From Bacteroidia bacterium (GTDB taxonomy: Bacteria > Bacteroidota > Bacteroidia > JABEUT01), in the NCBI GenBank assembly GCA_013044305.1, contig JABEUT010000247.1:1-31102 (forward strand): a stretch of 31,102 nt of DNA, given 5' to 3'. Shown here in pieces: positions 7,896-17,242 of this stretch. The stretch's first letter is position 1; every line of letters starts with the position of its first letter. The position numbers and the translations under genes were made by a program. The notes under the pieces were generated by a model. It was not told the DNA's origin and made no database searches. It saw only the letters and a list, made by a program, of their open reading frames with translations.

Positions 7896-9878
7896 ATGGC
7901 AGAAGAAAAAGAACCCTTCAAACCTTTTGTTCCGGCAAGCGAACTAATGCCGGAATTCACTTTGAGGGCCATTATCATGGGAGCGATATTCGGGGTTATT
8001 TTCGGAGCGGCGTCAGTATATCTGGGTTTAAAGGTAGGGCTTACGGTAAGTGCCTCCATTCCGATAGCTGTACTCGCCATTTCAGTATTCAAGAGGCTGG
8101 GCAATGCGAGTATCCTCGAAAGCAATATTGTGCAAACCATAGGCTCTGCCGGTGAGAGTGTGGTCGCCGGATCATTGTAAAAAGAACATGCACTGCTCTT
8201 TCTGGCAGGCGGTAAGGATTACTTTCACTATTTCCAGATCTTTGTCCTGGCGCTTGCAGGGGGTACCCTCGGCGTGCTGTTTATGATACCCTTGAGGCGC
8301 TCGCTGATAGTTAAGGAACATGGCAGGCTGCCTTACCCGGAAGGCACCGCCTGTGCCGATGTGCTTATAGCCGGCGAAAAAGGCGGCAAGCTGGCACAAA
8401 AAGTATATTACGGGGTTAGCCTCGCTTTTCTTTACAAGGTGCTCATGTCTGTTTTCGGTCTGTGGAAATCAATACCTGCTTATGTTTTCGGCCGCAATTC
8501 CGCCCTGCCCAATGCCACGATTAGCGGCGAAATAACACCCGAACTGCTTGGGGTAGGCTATATCATAGGGCCCCGCATTGCAGGTATCATGGTTGCCGGC
8601 GGCGTTCTTTCCTGGTTTGTGCTCATACCGCTTATTACATTGCTCGGCAGCGGACTTACTTCTGCATTTCCGCCGGAAACAACACAGCTTATTTCACAAA
8701 TGAGCGCCGATGATATTTGGGGGCGTTATATAAGGTACATAGGGGCAGGCGCAGTAACATTCGGTGGGTTGTTCACGCTCATCAAAACGCTGCCGACCAT
8801 AGTCAATGCGTTCAGCGATTCATTCAAGGATCTGAAGGAGAGCAGGAGCAAATCGCAAACCGTAACCAGGATGCGCACAGAAAGAGACATACCCCTGGTA
8901 TATGTGCTGGTCGGGAGCGTGGCGCTAATTGTCCTAATGGCACTGATACCCAAAAACTTGATGCCTACCAATATACTTTCGTCGATAATGATAGTGATCT
9001 TCGGCTTTTTTTTCGTTACCGTATCTTCGCGTATAGTAGGGCTGATAGGTTCCTCATCCAATCCCATTTCCGGCATGACCATTGCCACACTTATGGCTAC
9101 CTCGCTTATTTTCGTGGGCATAGGATGGACAGGAGATGTTTACCAGCCTATAGCCCTGGTGGTAGGTTCCATCGTCTGCATTGCCTCGGCAAATGCCGGC
9201 GCCACCTCACAGGATCTGAAAACGGGCTATATTCTGGGCGCCACTCCGGTAAAGCAGCAGCTGGGACTTATCATCGGTGTGCTTGCTTCTACTGTGGCGA
9301 TAGGCTTTACCCTTACGCTGCTCAATAATTCAATCGGAATAGGAGTGCCTACCGCAGATCATCCTCATCCCCTGGGCGCACCGCAGGCAATACTCATGTC
9401 CACTGTCATTAAGGGCTTGTTAAGCCATAACCTGCCTTGGGGCCTTGTGCTTACAGGCATGGGAATATCAGCAGTTATGGAACTCTGCGGCATCAGTTCG
9501 CTTGCCTTTGCAGTGGGGGCATACCTGCCGCTGTCGAGCACCACGCCCATATTTGCCGGTGGCGTGGTAAAGTGGCTCGTGGACAGAAAGAACAAAGCAA
9601 AAGAAGCCGAATCCGATATCGGGCCGGGGGCTTTGTTCAGTTCGGGGCTGATAGCAGGCGGAGCCATCACAGGTATCATCATAGCCATACTCATTGGTAT
9701 AAAAACAGGCACCGGCGCAGACGGCAAAAGCATCACCCTTGCCGATATGCTAAATACGGGCTTTGGCGACGGCATGGGCGCATGGGGCGATCTGATAGCC
9801 CTCGGATTTTTTGCTCTCCTCGCCGCTATTCTTTATAAATTTGCAACCGGAAAAAGAGAAGAAGGAACACTGCGCTGA
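7896..9878 (+). pseudogene. OPT-family oligopeptide transporter (660 codons) interrupted by an in-frame TAA at 8178-8180
   Basis: The ORF-track pieces 7896-8180 and 8274-9878 are in the same frame. The codons between them read ...[56 protein letters not shown] motifs seen: [47 protein letters not shown] and APQA.LM. Confidence 0.85.
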
Positions 9879-9879
9879 C

Positions 9880-10329
9880 ATGCAAAAAAAGAAAAGCCGC
9901 AAAAATCTGCTTGAGCTTCTTGAACTGAACAAGCCCATAGGCATAGGCTCCCTTATATTATCCGAAGACGACATTATGGAATTTGCAAAGGCGAACGACC
10001 CGCTGGAGTTTCACCTGAACAAAAAAGCCGCAAAGGAAAGTATTTTTAAAGGCCTGGTGGCGAGCGGCCCGCAGGTATTCATGACCCTGCACAAAACGGG
10101 ATGGATACCTGTTTTCGGACATACGGTGATTTGCGGACTTGAAGTAAACAACTGGAAATTCCTGCTGCCTGTATATGCCGGGCAACCTGTAAAAGGAACA
10201 GCTACCCCCACTTTTATAAAGATTAATAAAGAAAAAAAGCAGGCTGTTGTGGTTTGGACATATGAGTTTACAAATGAACGGGCAGAAGTGGTGCAGACAC
10301 TCGAGACTGTATTGCTACATAAGTTATAA
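9880..10329 (+). CDS. MaoC-like hotdog-fold dehydratase
   Basis: I.EFA...DPLEFHL...AAK.S.FKGLVASG and ...W.FL.PVY.G motifs. The start is placed at ATG 9880, 1 nt after the OPT stop. Confidence 0.8.
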   Translation: MQKKKSRKNLLELLELNKPIGIGSLILSEDDIMEFAKANDPLEFHLNKKAAKESIFKGLVASGPQVFMTLHKTGWIPVFGHTVICGLEVNNWKFLLPVYAGQPVKGTATPTFIKINKEKKQAVVVWTYEFTNERAEVVQTLETVLLHKL

Positions 10330-10365
10330 CTGCGGAGGAAGATTCCGCAAAGTTCACGGTTGACA

Positions 10366-11193
10366 ATGGCAATGATAATCGGACATAGAGGCGCTCGCGG
10401 AGAATATCCTGAAAATACCACAGAGGGCTTTCTTTATGCAGCCTCGTTGGGCATTTGTGGGATAGAAATGGATGTATGTATTACCGCCGATAAAAAGGTG
10501 GTAGTAAGCCACGAACCTTGGATGAACCCGGCAATTTGCATTAAACCCGATAAATCAAGGATAAGTTTTTTACGCAGGAAAAATTTATACCGGATGAATT
10601 ATGAAACCATCCGGCTTTACGACTGCGGGATTAAAGGCAACCGCGCCTTTCCGCGGCAGCGGAAAATGCACTCCTGCAAACCTCTGCTCGGCAATGTGAT
10701 TCAGGATACGGAAGATTATATATTGGCGAACAGGCTTAAACCCCTTGTTTACCTCATTGAAATAAAGAGCAAAAAGATAAGCGACAAGCTGCTGCACCCG
10801 CCGCCTGCCGAATTTATGCAGCTTGTAATGCAGGAGCTGATGCCCTTCGGCATACAAAACCGCATCATCATACAGTCTTTCGATATGAGGCCCTTAAAAA
10901 TCATACGACGGTCGTATCCTGCCTTCGGAACCGGAATGCTGGTATATAGCCCTCGGATTATTAATCGTCGTTTAAAAACACTCGGCTTTGTGCCCGATAC
11001 CTGCGGGGTGAATTATAAATATCTTACGGAAAAATGGATTGACTGTATTCATGCTGCCGGCATGAAAGCGCTGGCCTGGACTGTAAATGAGAAGGCTGAT
11101 ATTGAACATCAGCTCCGGCTGGGCGCCGACGGAATAATATCTGACTATCCTGAAACGGCAAAGTACGAAGCGCAAAGATTCACTGCCGCCTAA
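10366..11193 (+). CDS. Glycerophosphodiester phosphodiesterase family protein
   Basis: IIGHRGARGEYPENT, EMDV..TAD..VVVSH, IEIKS, IIQSFD and AWTVN...GADGIISDYP. The start is ATG 10366 or 10372. Confidence 0.92.
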   Translation: MAMIIGHRGARGEYPENTTEGFLYAASLGICGIEMDVCITADKKVVVSHEPWMNPAICIKPDKSRISFLRRKNLYRMNYETIRLYDCGIKGNRAFPRQRKMHSCKPLLGNVIQDTEDYILANRLKPLVYLIEIKSKKISDKLLHPPPAEFMQLVMQELMPFGIQNRIIIQSFDMRPLKIIRRSYPAFGTGMLVYSPRIINRRLKTLGFVPDTCGVNYKYLTEKWIDCIHAAGMKALAWTVNEKADIEHQLRLGADGIISDYPETAKYEAQRFTAA

Positions 11194-11846
11194 TTACCTG
11201 CGAGTGCGCCTACAAAGGGGTTGTTCTCCTTTTCGAAACCTATGGTGGTAGGCATTCCATGACCCGAATACACCGTAACATCGTCGGGCAGCGTAAACAG
11301 GCCGGACCTGATACTGCGGAACAGGGTGCCGGAATCGCCACCGGGCAGATCCGTTCTGCCTATGCTTTGGTTAAACAATACATCGCCGCACCACAGCTTT
11401 TTATCTTCGGCGGAATAAAAGCATAAGCTTCCGGGTGAATGTCCGGGAGCAAAGATCACCTCCAGTTTTATTTCTCCAAAAGTTACTGTGTCGCCTTCGT
11501 TAAGCCACCCTGCCGGCTCGGGTGAAGGCGCAACACCATGCAGTCCGTATATTTCGCATGTGGCAACAAGCGAGTGGAGCAGGTGCAAATCGCCGGAGTT
11601 CATATAGGGTGCAAGTCCGTATTTACGGAATACAAAATCGTTTCCCAGAATATGGTCCAAATGGCCATGTGTAAGAAGCAGGCGCACGGGTTTTAAGTTC
11701 TTTTCCGTAATAAAATCATGCAGCTTAGCCTCCTCCTGTCTGTTGCAGCACCCGGGGTCAATTATAGCCGCCTGACCCTGGCCATCGTATAATATATATG
11801 TATTTTCGGCAAAGGGATTAAATGTAAAACTCTTCTGCTGGAGCAT
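11190..11846 (-). CDS. MBL-fold metallo-hydrolase (glyoxalase II / YcbL-like)
   Basis: FNPFAENTY, IIDPG, THGHLDH, PGHSPGS, GDVLF..SIGRTDLPGG and GHG..TTIG.EK..NPF. The start is placed at ATG 11846. Confidence 0.92.
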   Translation of the reverse strand: MLQQKSFTFNPFAENTYILYDGQGQAAIIDPGCCNRQEEAKLHDFITEKNLKPVRLLLTHGHLDHILGNDFVFRKYGLAPYMNSGDLHLLHSLVATCEIYGLHGVAPSPEPAGWLNEGDTVTFGEIKLEVIFAPGHSPGSLCFYSAEDKKLWCGDVLFNQSIGRTDLPGGDSGTLFRSIRSGLFTLPDDVTVYSGHGMPTTIGFEKENNPFVGALAGN

Positions 11847-11942
11847 ATTCTTAGTTAATATATGGATGATGCATCGGTACTTATGTATGGCCTGAAAAAC
11901 AGGTTGGCAGCCCTGCCAAACCCTGAAAGCCTGCCAATGGCG

Positions 11943-11950
11943 CAAAATTA
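11943..11950 (-). promoter_or_regulatory. -7 box (TAATTTTG) for the MBL hydrolase
   Basis: Exact TAnnTTTG match in the divergent intergenic region, about 96 nt upstream of ATG 11846. Confidence 0.45.
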
Positions 11951-11976
11951 GTAAATTAGCCGTTCAAATTAATTTC

Positions 11977-14900
11977 ATGGCATCGCGCCTGCGCCTTTTC
12001 ATTCTGCTTTTCTATTCCATCTTTCTGCTCGATGGGTTCACGGCTCATTCCCAGTTTTATTCGGGATCGTATATGCAGTTTGGCAAAAACAGGGTGCAGT
12101 ACGACCACTTCGACTGGGTGTACTACAACTATGGCGCCTATAAGGTGTACTTTTATACAGGCGAGGAGAAACTGGCAAAATATGCTGGCGAGCGTACAAA
12201 AAATATCCTCAACGACGTATCTAACTTTATGGACTATACACCTGACGGAGAATTTCAGGTGATAGTATATGATAAGGAATCGGAGTACAAGCAAAGCAAT
12301 ATAGGGCTTACCGCAAGTGAACAATACAACACCGGCGGGGTAATACCCATGGTGGGGCGTAAGGTGGTTGTGTATTTTGAAGGAGACCACAGAAAACTTG
12401 ACGAGCAGATACGGCTGGGCGTAGCACGCGTACTGTTCCGTGAAATGATGTATGGTGGCAGCGTGGGCAACATTATAAGGAGTTCGGCAACCCTGAACAT
12501 ACCGGCATGGTTCGAACAGGGATTTGAAAACTATATGGCCTATGGCTGGAATACGAGGCTGGACAACATACTCCGCGATAAAATGCTGATGGGGCGATAC
12601 AAGAATATAAGCCATCTTGCCGGAACCGACGCCACCAATGCGGGTATCTCCCTGTGGAACTACATAGTGCAAACATACGGCGAATCGGTTATTCCTAATA
12701 TATTGTACCTAACCCACAGCACCCACAGCATTGAAACGGCTTTTAACTTTGTGCTCGGAACAAACCTTAAAACCCTGATGAGTGACTGGCATTCATACTA
12801 CCTGACCGAATACCGAAAGGATTATCCTGAAGACAATTTGCCGGACAAAAAGGCTATCATTAAAAAGCCCAAAACTCCCTGTATATATTATAATCTGAAG
12901 CCAAGCCCCGACGGCAGGTATGTGGTGTATTGCACCAATCAGCTCGGAAAAGCCAAGGTGTGGCTCTACGATATGCAAACCAAAAAGCGCAGAAAAATAA
13001 TAAAGCAGGGGGAAAAGATAGACAGGGTAACCGATATCTCCTATCCTCTTATAGCCTGGCATCCGAGCGGAGAACTGTTTTCACTTATCATGGAAAAGCA
13101 GGGCTATATTGATCTGTACACCTACACGCTTGCCGACCATAAACTTCAGTCGAGAAGGATAGTAGACTTCCAGAAGATACTTGATTATGCCTATTCCGAC
13201 GACGGAACCAAATTCGTAATGTCGGCGGTGCAGAACGGGCAATCCGATATTTTTGTATTTACGGCTGCATCTAACGCCTTCGAAAAAATTACAAACGATG
13301 TGTACGACGACCTGAATCCCCGCTTTATTGAACACTCCACTAAAATTGTGTTCAGCTCAAACCGCCCCGACGACACCCTCCGCAGCGGCGGCGACTATAA
13401 GAATATGCAGATGAACAACGACATTTATATTTACAACTACGAAGCCCATTCCCGTATCCTCCGCCGCATAACCGATGCACCCGGCGTAGATGAATCCGAT
13501 CCTGCGCCTTTCGGAGGCAACTATATCAGCTATTTGAGCAATGCCTCGGGCATAACCAACCGTTACCTGGCATATACCGACAGCGCCATCAGCTTTATAG
13601 ATACATCGGCGCACTACCGTTACATCGTCCACTCATACCCGGTTACGGCTTATACCCGCAGCATACTGGAACAGAACATATCCCCATCTTTGAAAAATTA
13701 TGCCGAAATAATCCTATACAAAGGCAAGTACCGGATGTATATGGACACATTGGCGGCGGAACCCACCGCCTACCTGCCCGAACAGCCCAGGTACAGTTAC
13801 TTTATGAGCCAGTGCAATGCCGAACAAAGGAAAAAACGCCGCTACGATTCAGTAGAACGGATTATGAAAAAGGATAGCCTGCTGATTATTAAGTCCATTC
13901 AGCAGGCTCCGCCCCCAGTAATAAAGCTGGTTCTTCCGCCGGATACGGCGCGCCCAAAACCTAAAGATACGAGTCATGTAAATCCCGGCGCCGTAAGGGT
14001 AAACATCAACGACTACACATTTGAACCCTCGCCGGTATTCCGCCAGCCCGCCATTGCGCCTGTACCGGCTGTGGCAGCGCAGCCTGCTCCAAGGCAGGAT
14101 ACCACGCCCGTGAAGCATGCCGATTCAGCAGCCCGCAAAAAAGTGCTCGACAAGCAGAACTACTACGTGAGCTTTTCGCCCGACTTTATAACTGCCCAGC
14201 TCGACAACAGCTTTTTAAATCAGTATTACCAGCTATACAACGGAGGCGCCGGCCCCATTTTTGAAAACCCCGGGGTAGGGGTGTTCCTGCAGGCCGGCTT
14301 ATCGGACCTGTTCGAAGACTACCGCATAGACGGAGGCGCGAGGCTGTCAACCGACTTCAGCAACAACGAATATTACATGAGTTTTTCCGACTACTCGCAC
14401 CGGCTCGATAAGCAACTGATACTGCACCGTGCAGCCAATACCTATGCTCTGGACAACGGCTACACCGACAAGGTATATACATACGACGGCACCGGTATTG
14501 TGCGCTGGCCTTTCAGCGAAGTGGCAAGGATAGAGGCAAGCGCAGGCCTGCGCGAGGATAAAAGCATAACCCTTGCCCAGGACATACCAAGCCTCGAAAC
14601 CCCTATTGGTTATGCCTTAACCCCGAACAGCGAACTTGCTTTTGTGTACGATGCCACCCTGCCCGTGGAAATAAACATTCAGTATGGGTTGCGGGCGAAA
14701 GTTTTTATGCAATATTACCGGAACCCGGGCGGCTTTGCGAACAGCAATCTATATGTTTTTGGATTCGATGCGCGGTACTACCAGAAAATAAGCCGCGACC
14801 TGATCTGGGCCAACCGCTTCTCGGGCAGCACCACGCAGGGGCAGGAGCAACTGATTTATTTTCTGGGAGGGGTAGACAACTGGTTTATTCCCAATTTCGA

Positions 14901-15360
14901 CAACTCCATCAACGTTGATCCCAACCAAAGGTACGTGTATCAAACCCTTGCCACTCCTATGCGCGGGTTCAGCCAGAACATCAGGAACGGAAATAATTTT
15001 GTGCTGTACAACAGCGAACTGCGCTGGCCCATATTTCATTATCTGGTCAACAGGCCCATCAAGTCAGATTTGCTCAACAGCTTTCAGGTGCTTGCGTTTA
15101 CCGATATAGGTACGGCATGGACCGGCTTAACGCCGTACTCAAACGAAAATTCTATAAATCAAACCATAGTCGGCGCACCGGGTAATCCTATAACAGTAAT
15201 ACTGTCGCAAAAGCAGGATCCATTTGTAGAAGGACTGGGCTGGGGCGTACGAACGCGGGTGCTTGGTTATTTTGTAAGGGTAGATGAGGCCTGGGGTATC
15301 AATAACGGCAATTTCAGGGTGCCGCCGGTATGGTATATATCTCTCGGTTTGGACTTTTGA
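11977..15360 (+). CDS. Large exported protein: degenerate zincin-like domain, TolB/PD40-like propeller and an Omp85-like C-terminal barrel
   Basis: Signal peptide ending AHS|Q; FGKNRVQY N-terminus; PAWFEQG motif; propeller motifs PSPDGRYVVY, AWHPSG, YAYSDDGTKFVMSA and PRF....KIVFSSNR; barrel-like MRGFSQNIRNG and N.ELRWP; C-terminal WYISLGLDF with terminal Phe. Confidence 0.7.
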   Translation: MASRLRLFILLFYSIFLLDGFTAHSQFYSGSYMQFGKNRVQYDHFDWVYYNYGAYKVYFYTGEEKLAKYAGERTKNILNDVSNFMDYTPDGEFQVIVYDKESEYKQSNIGLTASEQYNTGGVIPMVGRKVVVYFEGDHRKLDEQIRLGVARVLFREMMYGGSVGNIIRSSATLNIPAWFEQGFENYMAYGWNTRLDNILRDKMLMGRYKNISHLAGTDATNAGISLWNYIVQTYGESVIPNILYLTHSTHSIETAFNFVLGTNLKTLMSDWHSYYLTEYRKDYPEDNLPDKKAIIKKPKTPCIYYNLKPSPDGRYVVYCTNQLGKAKVWLYDMQTKKRRKIIKQGEKIDRVTDISYPLIAWHPSGELFSLIMEKQGYIDLYTYTLADHKLQSRRIVDFQKILDYAYSDDGTKFVMSAVQNGQSDIFVFTAASNAFEKITNDVYDDLNPRFIEHSTKIVFSSNRPDDTLRSGGDYKNMQMNNDIYIYNYEAHSRILRRITDAPGVDESDPAPFGGNYISYLSNASGITNRYLAYTDSAISFIDTSAHYRYIVHSYPVTAYTRSILEQNISPSLKNYAEIILYKGKYRMYMDTLAAEPTAYLPEQPRYSYFMSQCNAEQRKKRRYDSVERIMKKDSLLIIKSIQQAPPPVIKLVLPPDTARPKPKDTSHVNPGAVRVNINDYTFEPSPVFRQPAIAPVPAVAAQPAPRQDTTPVKHADSAARKKVLDKQNYYVSFSPDFITAQLDNSFLNQYYQLYNGGAGPIFENPGVGVFLQAGLSDLFEDYRIDGGARLSTDFSNNEYYMSFSDYSHRLDKQLILHRAANTYALDNGYTDKVYTYDGTGIVRWPFSEVARIEASAGLREDKSITLAQDIPSLETPIGYALTPNSELAFVYDATLPVEINIQYGLRAKVFMQYYRNPGGFANSNLYVFGFDARYYQKISRDLIWANRFSGSTTQGQEQLIYFLGGVDNWFIPNFDNSINVDPNQRYVYQTLATPMRGFSQNIRNGNNFVLYNSELRWPIFHYLVNRPIKSDLLNSFQVLAFTDIGTAWTGLTPYSNENSINQTIVGAPGNPITVILSQKQDPFVEGLGWGVRTRVLGYFVRVDEAWGINNGNFRVPPVWYISLGLDF

Positions 15361-15393
15361 GGATAGTATATGTCTGCTTTCTTTGTTTTATAT

Positions 15394-15738
15394 TCAGTTA
15401 AAAAATACAACTGCCAGCGTTATTAATAGTACAGCGTTGAGAATGAGAGTTGCAAAGGATTTAAGAAATTTCCAAATCATAGCACAATAAACGAGCAAGC
15501 TCAAGCAGGTAATTCCGGTAATCATATATGCCCAATGCGAATTTTCGCGGATACCTGTAAAACATGCAATTTGTATTACACCGCAGGTAATTAAAATATG
15601 ACCATCCATTAATAGGCGGAGCAGTTCGCGATTAAATTCTTTTCCAAATTCGCTTCTCAATACGAAAATGTCGTGCAGAATACCATTAATTACATTCCAC
15701 GCACCAACAAGCATTGCTGCAATAGTTAAAAATAACAT
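15394..15738 (-). CDS. Small integral membrane protein (114 aa, probably 3-4 TM segments), function unknown
   Basis: This is the protein-like C-terminal part of ORF-track 15394-16125, starting at ATG 15738, 32 nt after the MFS stop: MLFLTIAAMLVGAWNVINGILHDIFVL...LLRLLMDGHILI... Confidence 0.7.
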   Translation of the reverse strand: MLFLTIAAMLVGAWNVINGILHDIFVLRSEFGKEFNRELLRLLMDGHILITCGVIQIACFTGIRENSHWAYMITGITCLSLLVYCAMIWKFLKSFATLILNAVLLITLAVVFFN

Positions 15739-15770
15739 ATATGCAGAAAATATAAGCTCTGCTGCATAAC

Positions 15771-16982
15771 TTACACAGTTGCCTTTTCTTTTAGGAATGT
15801 ATCTTTTAAAGGACCGATTACAAGGGCCAAAGTAACCGCCATCAGTGCAAGCATCATATAAATGGAGTTGGTCCAGAAGGTATGCCCCGCATCCACTACA
15901 GGCATAAGGATAATCAGCACCACACCTCCCGCATTGCCCATAAGCATAAGGATACCCGTGGCCGCACCTGCTTTCTGAAAACCGGCCGTTTCTTCGCACA
16001 TGGAAAGCATAAGGGCATATCCCGGCAGGAAGAAAAAGCCGAGCAGGCAGCCCATTACATATACCATGTTTATTGATTTTATGGTACACAGCGGGTAAAT
16101 AATCGCCAGCGCAATAAGGCAGCATACGGCAAGAAATGGCTTGCGTGCCTTTACCTTATCGGATATGGTAGGAATAAGTACCGAACCCACGATACCCCCG
16201 AGGATAAGAAACGCCCCTACCAATCCGATCTGTTCCTCATTCAGTCCGTTGGGTTTAAGCAAAGGCTCCGTCCAGCTCATAAGCCCGTTGAATACGCCAA
16301 TGGCAAGGAAGGAGATGATAAAAAGAATGTTCAGGTTCCTGCTCTTAATCAAAGATTTTATTTCACTCATTGCGCTTGTTGCCGCACTTTCCTGCGTTAT
16401 TTTGTTGTTTTCCCTGCCAAGCCATACGAAAATGAGCGTAAAGGCCACCGACAATCCGGCAAAAACCACCAGCATGTTGTGAAAACCCATACTGTCGTTC
16501 AGGGCTGGCGACAAGCCCATGCCCAGTGCCATGCCTATAAGCAGTCCTGCCGTGCCTATGCCTGTAGCCATGGCTGTTTCTTCCCTGTCGAACCAGTCGG
16601 CCACAAGTTTGGAAATGCCGTTGATGACGTAAGGCTGGCCTACAGCTATGCCGTACTGGCCTATTTCAAGCATGGTAAAACTGTGGTCGAAACAGCGCAG
16701 GCAGGCAAACAGGGCTGAAATGATGCTGCCGAGGATAATAACGTAACGGTAGCCTTTTTTATCTATGAGCGTGCCCGAATGCATGGAGAGCAGGACATAA
16801 ACAAGAGGAAACGATAGCATAAGGAAGCCGAAACTGTCCTTGCTGATTGCGTATTTGCTCTCGACAAATGATTCAAGCGGGGCGAAATTGAGCCAAAGCA
16901 TTTGAGTCATGGCGGCAACGCCGAAAAATGCCATCAGTACCGCCCACCTGAAAGGTTTTTTCTCTTTGTTTTCTGCATTCAT
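15771..16982 (-). CDS. MFS transporter (about 12 TM segments)
   Basis: RWAVL...WLNFAP N-terminus, motif-A-like SGTLIDKKGYR, ADWF..EE.AMATG, and a second-half ISDKVKARK repeat. Confidence 0.9.
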   Translation of the reverse strand: MNAENKEKKPFRWAVLMAFFGVAAMTQMLWLNFAPLESFVESKYAISKDSFGFLMLSFPLVYVLLSMHSGTLIDKKGYRYVIILGSIISALFACLRCFDHSFTMLEIGQYGIAVGQPYVINGISKLVADWFDREETAMATGIGTAGLLIGMALGMGLSPALNDSMGFHNMLVVFAGLSVAFTLIFVWLGRENNKITQESAATSAMSEIKSLIKSRNLNILFIISFLAIGVFNGLMSWTEPLLKPNGLNEEQIGLVGAFLILGGIVGSVLIPTISDKVKARKPFLAVCCLIALAIIYPLCTIKSINMVYVMGCLLGFFFLPGYALMLSMCEETAGFQKAGAATGILMLMGNAGGVVLIILMPVVDAGHTFWTNSIYMMLALMAVTLALVIGPLKDTFLKEKATV

Positions 16983-17191
16983 GTTTGTAAAAACTTAATT
17001 GGTTGGAACGGTAAACATAATAAAAAAAGATAAAATGCTGTACAGGTTGATACAAAGGACATAATGCCAAGGCAAGACACTGTGTCTGAAAATGGAAATA
17101 AATAAACTTATGCCGCTTTGTCATTACCGGCGTAATTTTTTTGAAGGCTGGCCGTACCGGTGAACAGGACTCTGCATTTACCCAATTCTTC

Positions 17192-17199
17192 TATATTTG
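17192..17199 (+). promoter_or_regulatory. -7 box (TATATTTG) for the M28 peptidase
   Basis: Exact TAnnTTTG match 43 nt upstream of ATG 17243. Confidence 0.6.
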
Positions 17200-17242
17200 C
17201 GGGTCTTTTCAATAACATATTCTTTAAATTATCCATAACAAA

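Noticed and set aside
8178-8180. Stop-codon readthrough, recoding or a frameshift in the OPT gene
   Set aside because: Both halves are in the same frame and all six codons around the TAA deviate from the family motif. All other genes use the standard code with TAA as a stop.
8160-8200. Recombinase-driven invertible switch (phase variation) at the OPT lesion
   Set aside because: No complementary base pairs flank the inversion centre, the segment is far shorter than known invertible elements, and no recombinase is in the window.
10331-10349. Hairpin tgcgga...tccgca after the MaoC stop
   Set aside because: The stem is only about 6-7 bp and has no U tract, so it is too weak to call a terminator.
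15739-16125. N-terminal 129 codons of ORF 15394-16125
   Set aside because: They mostly overlap the MFS gene in another frame and read as nonsense; only the part from ATG 15738 looks like a protein.
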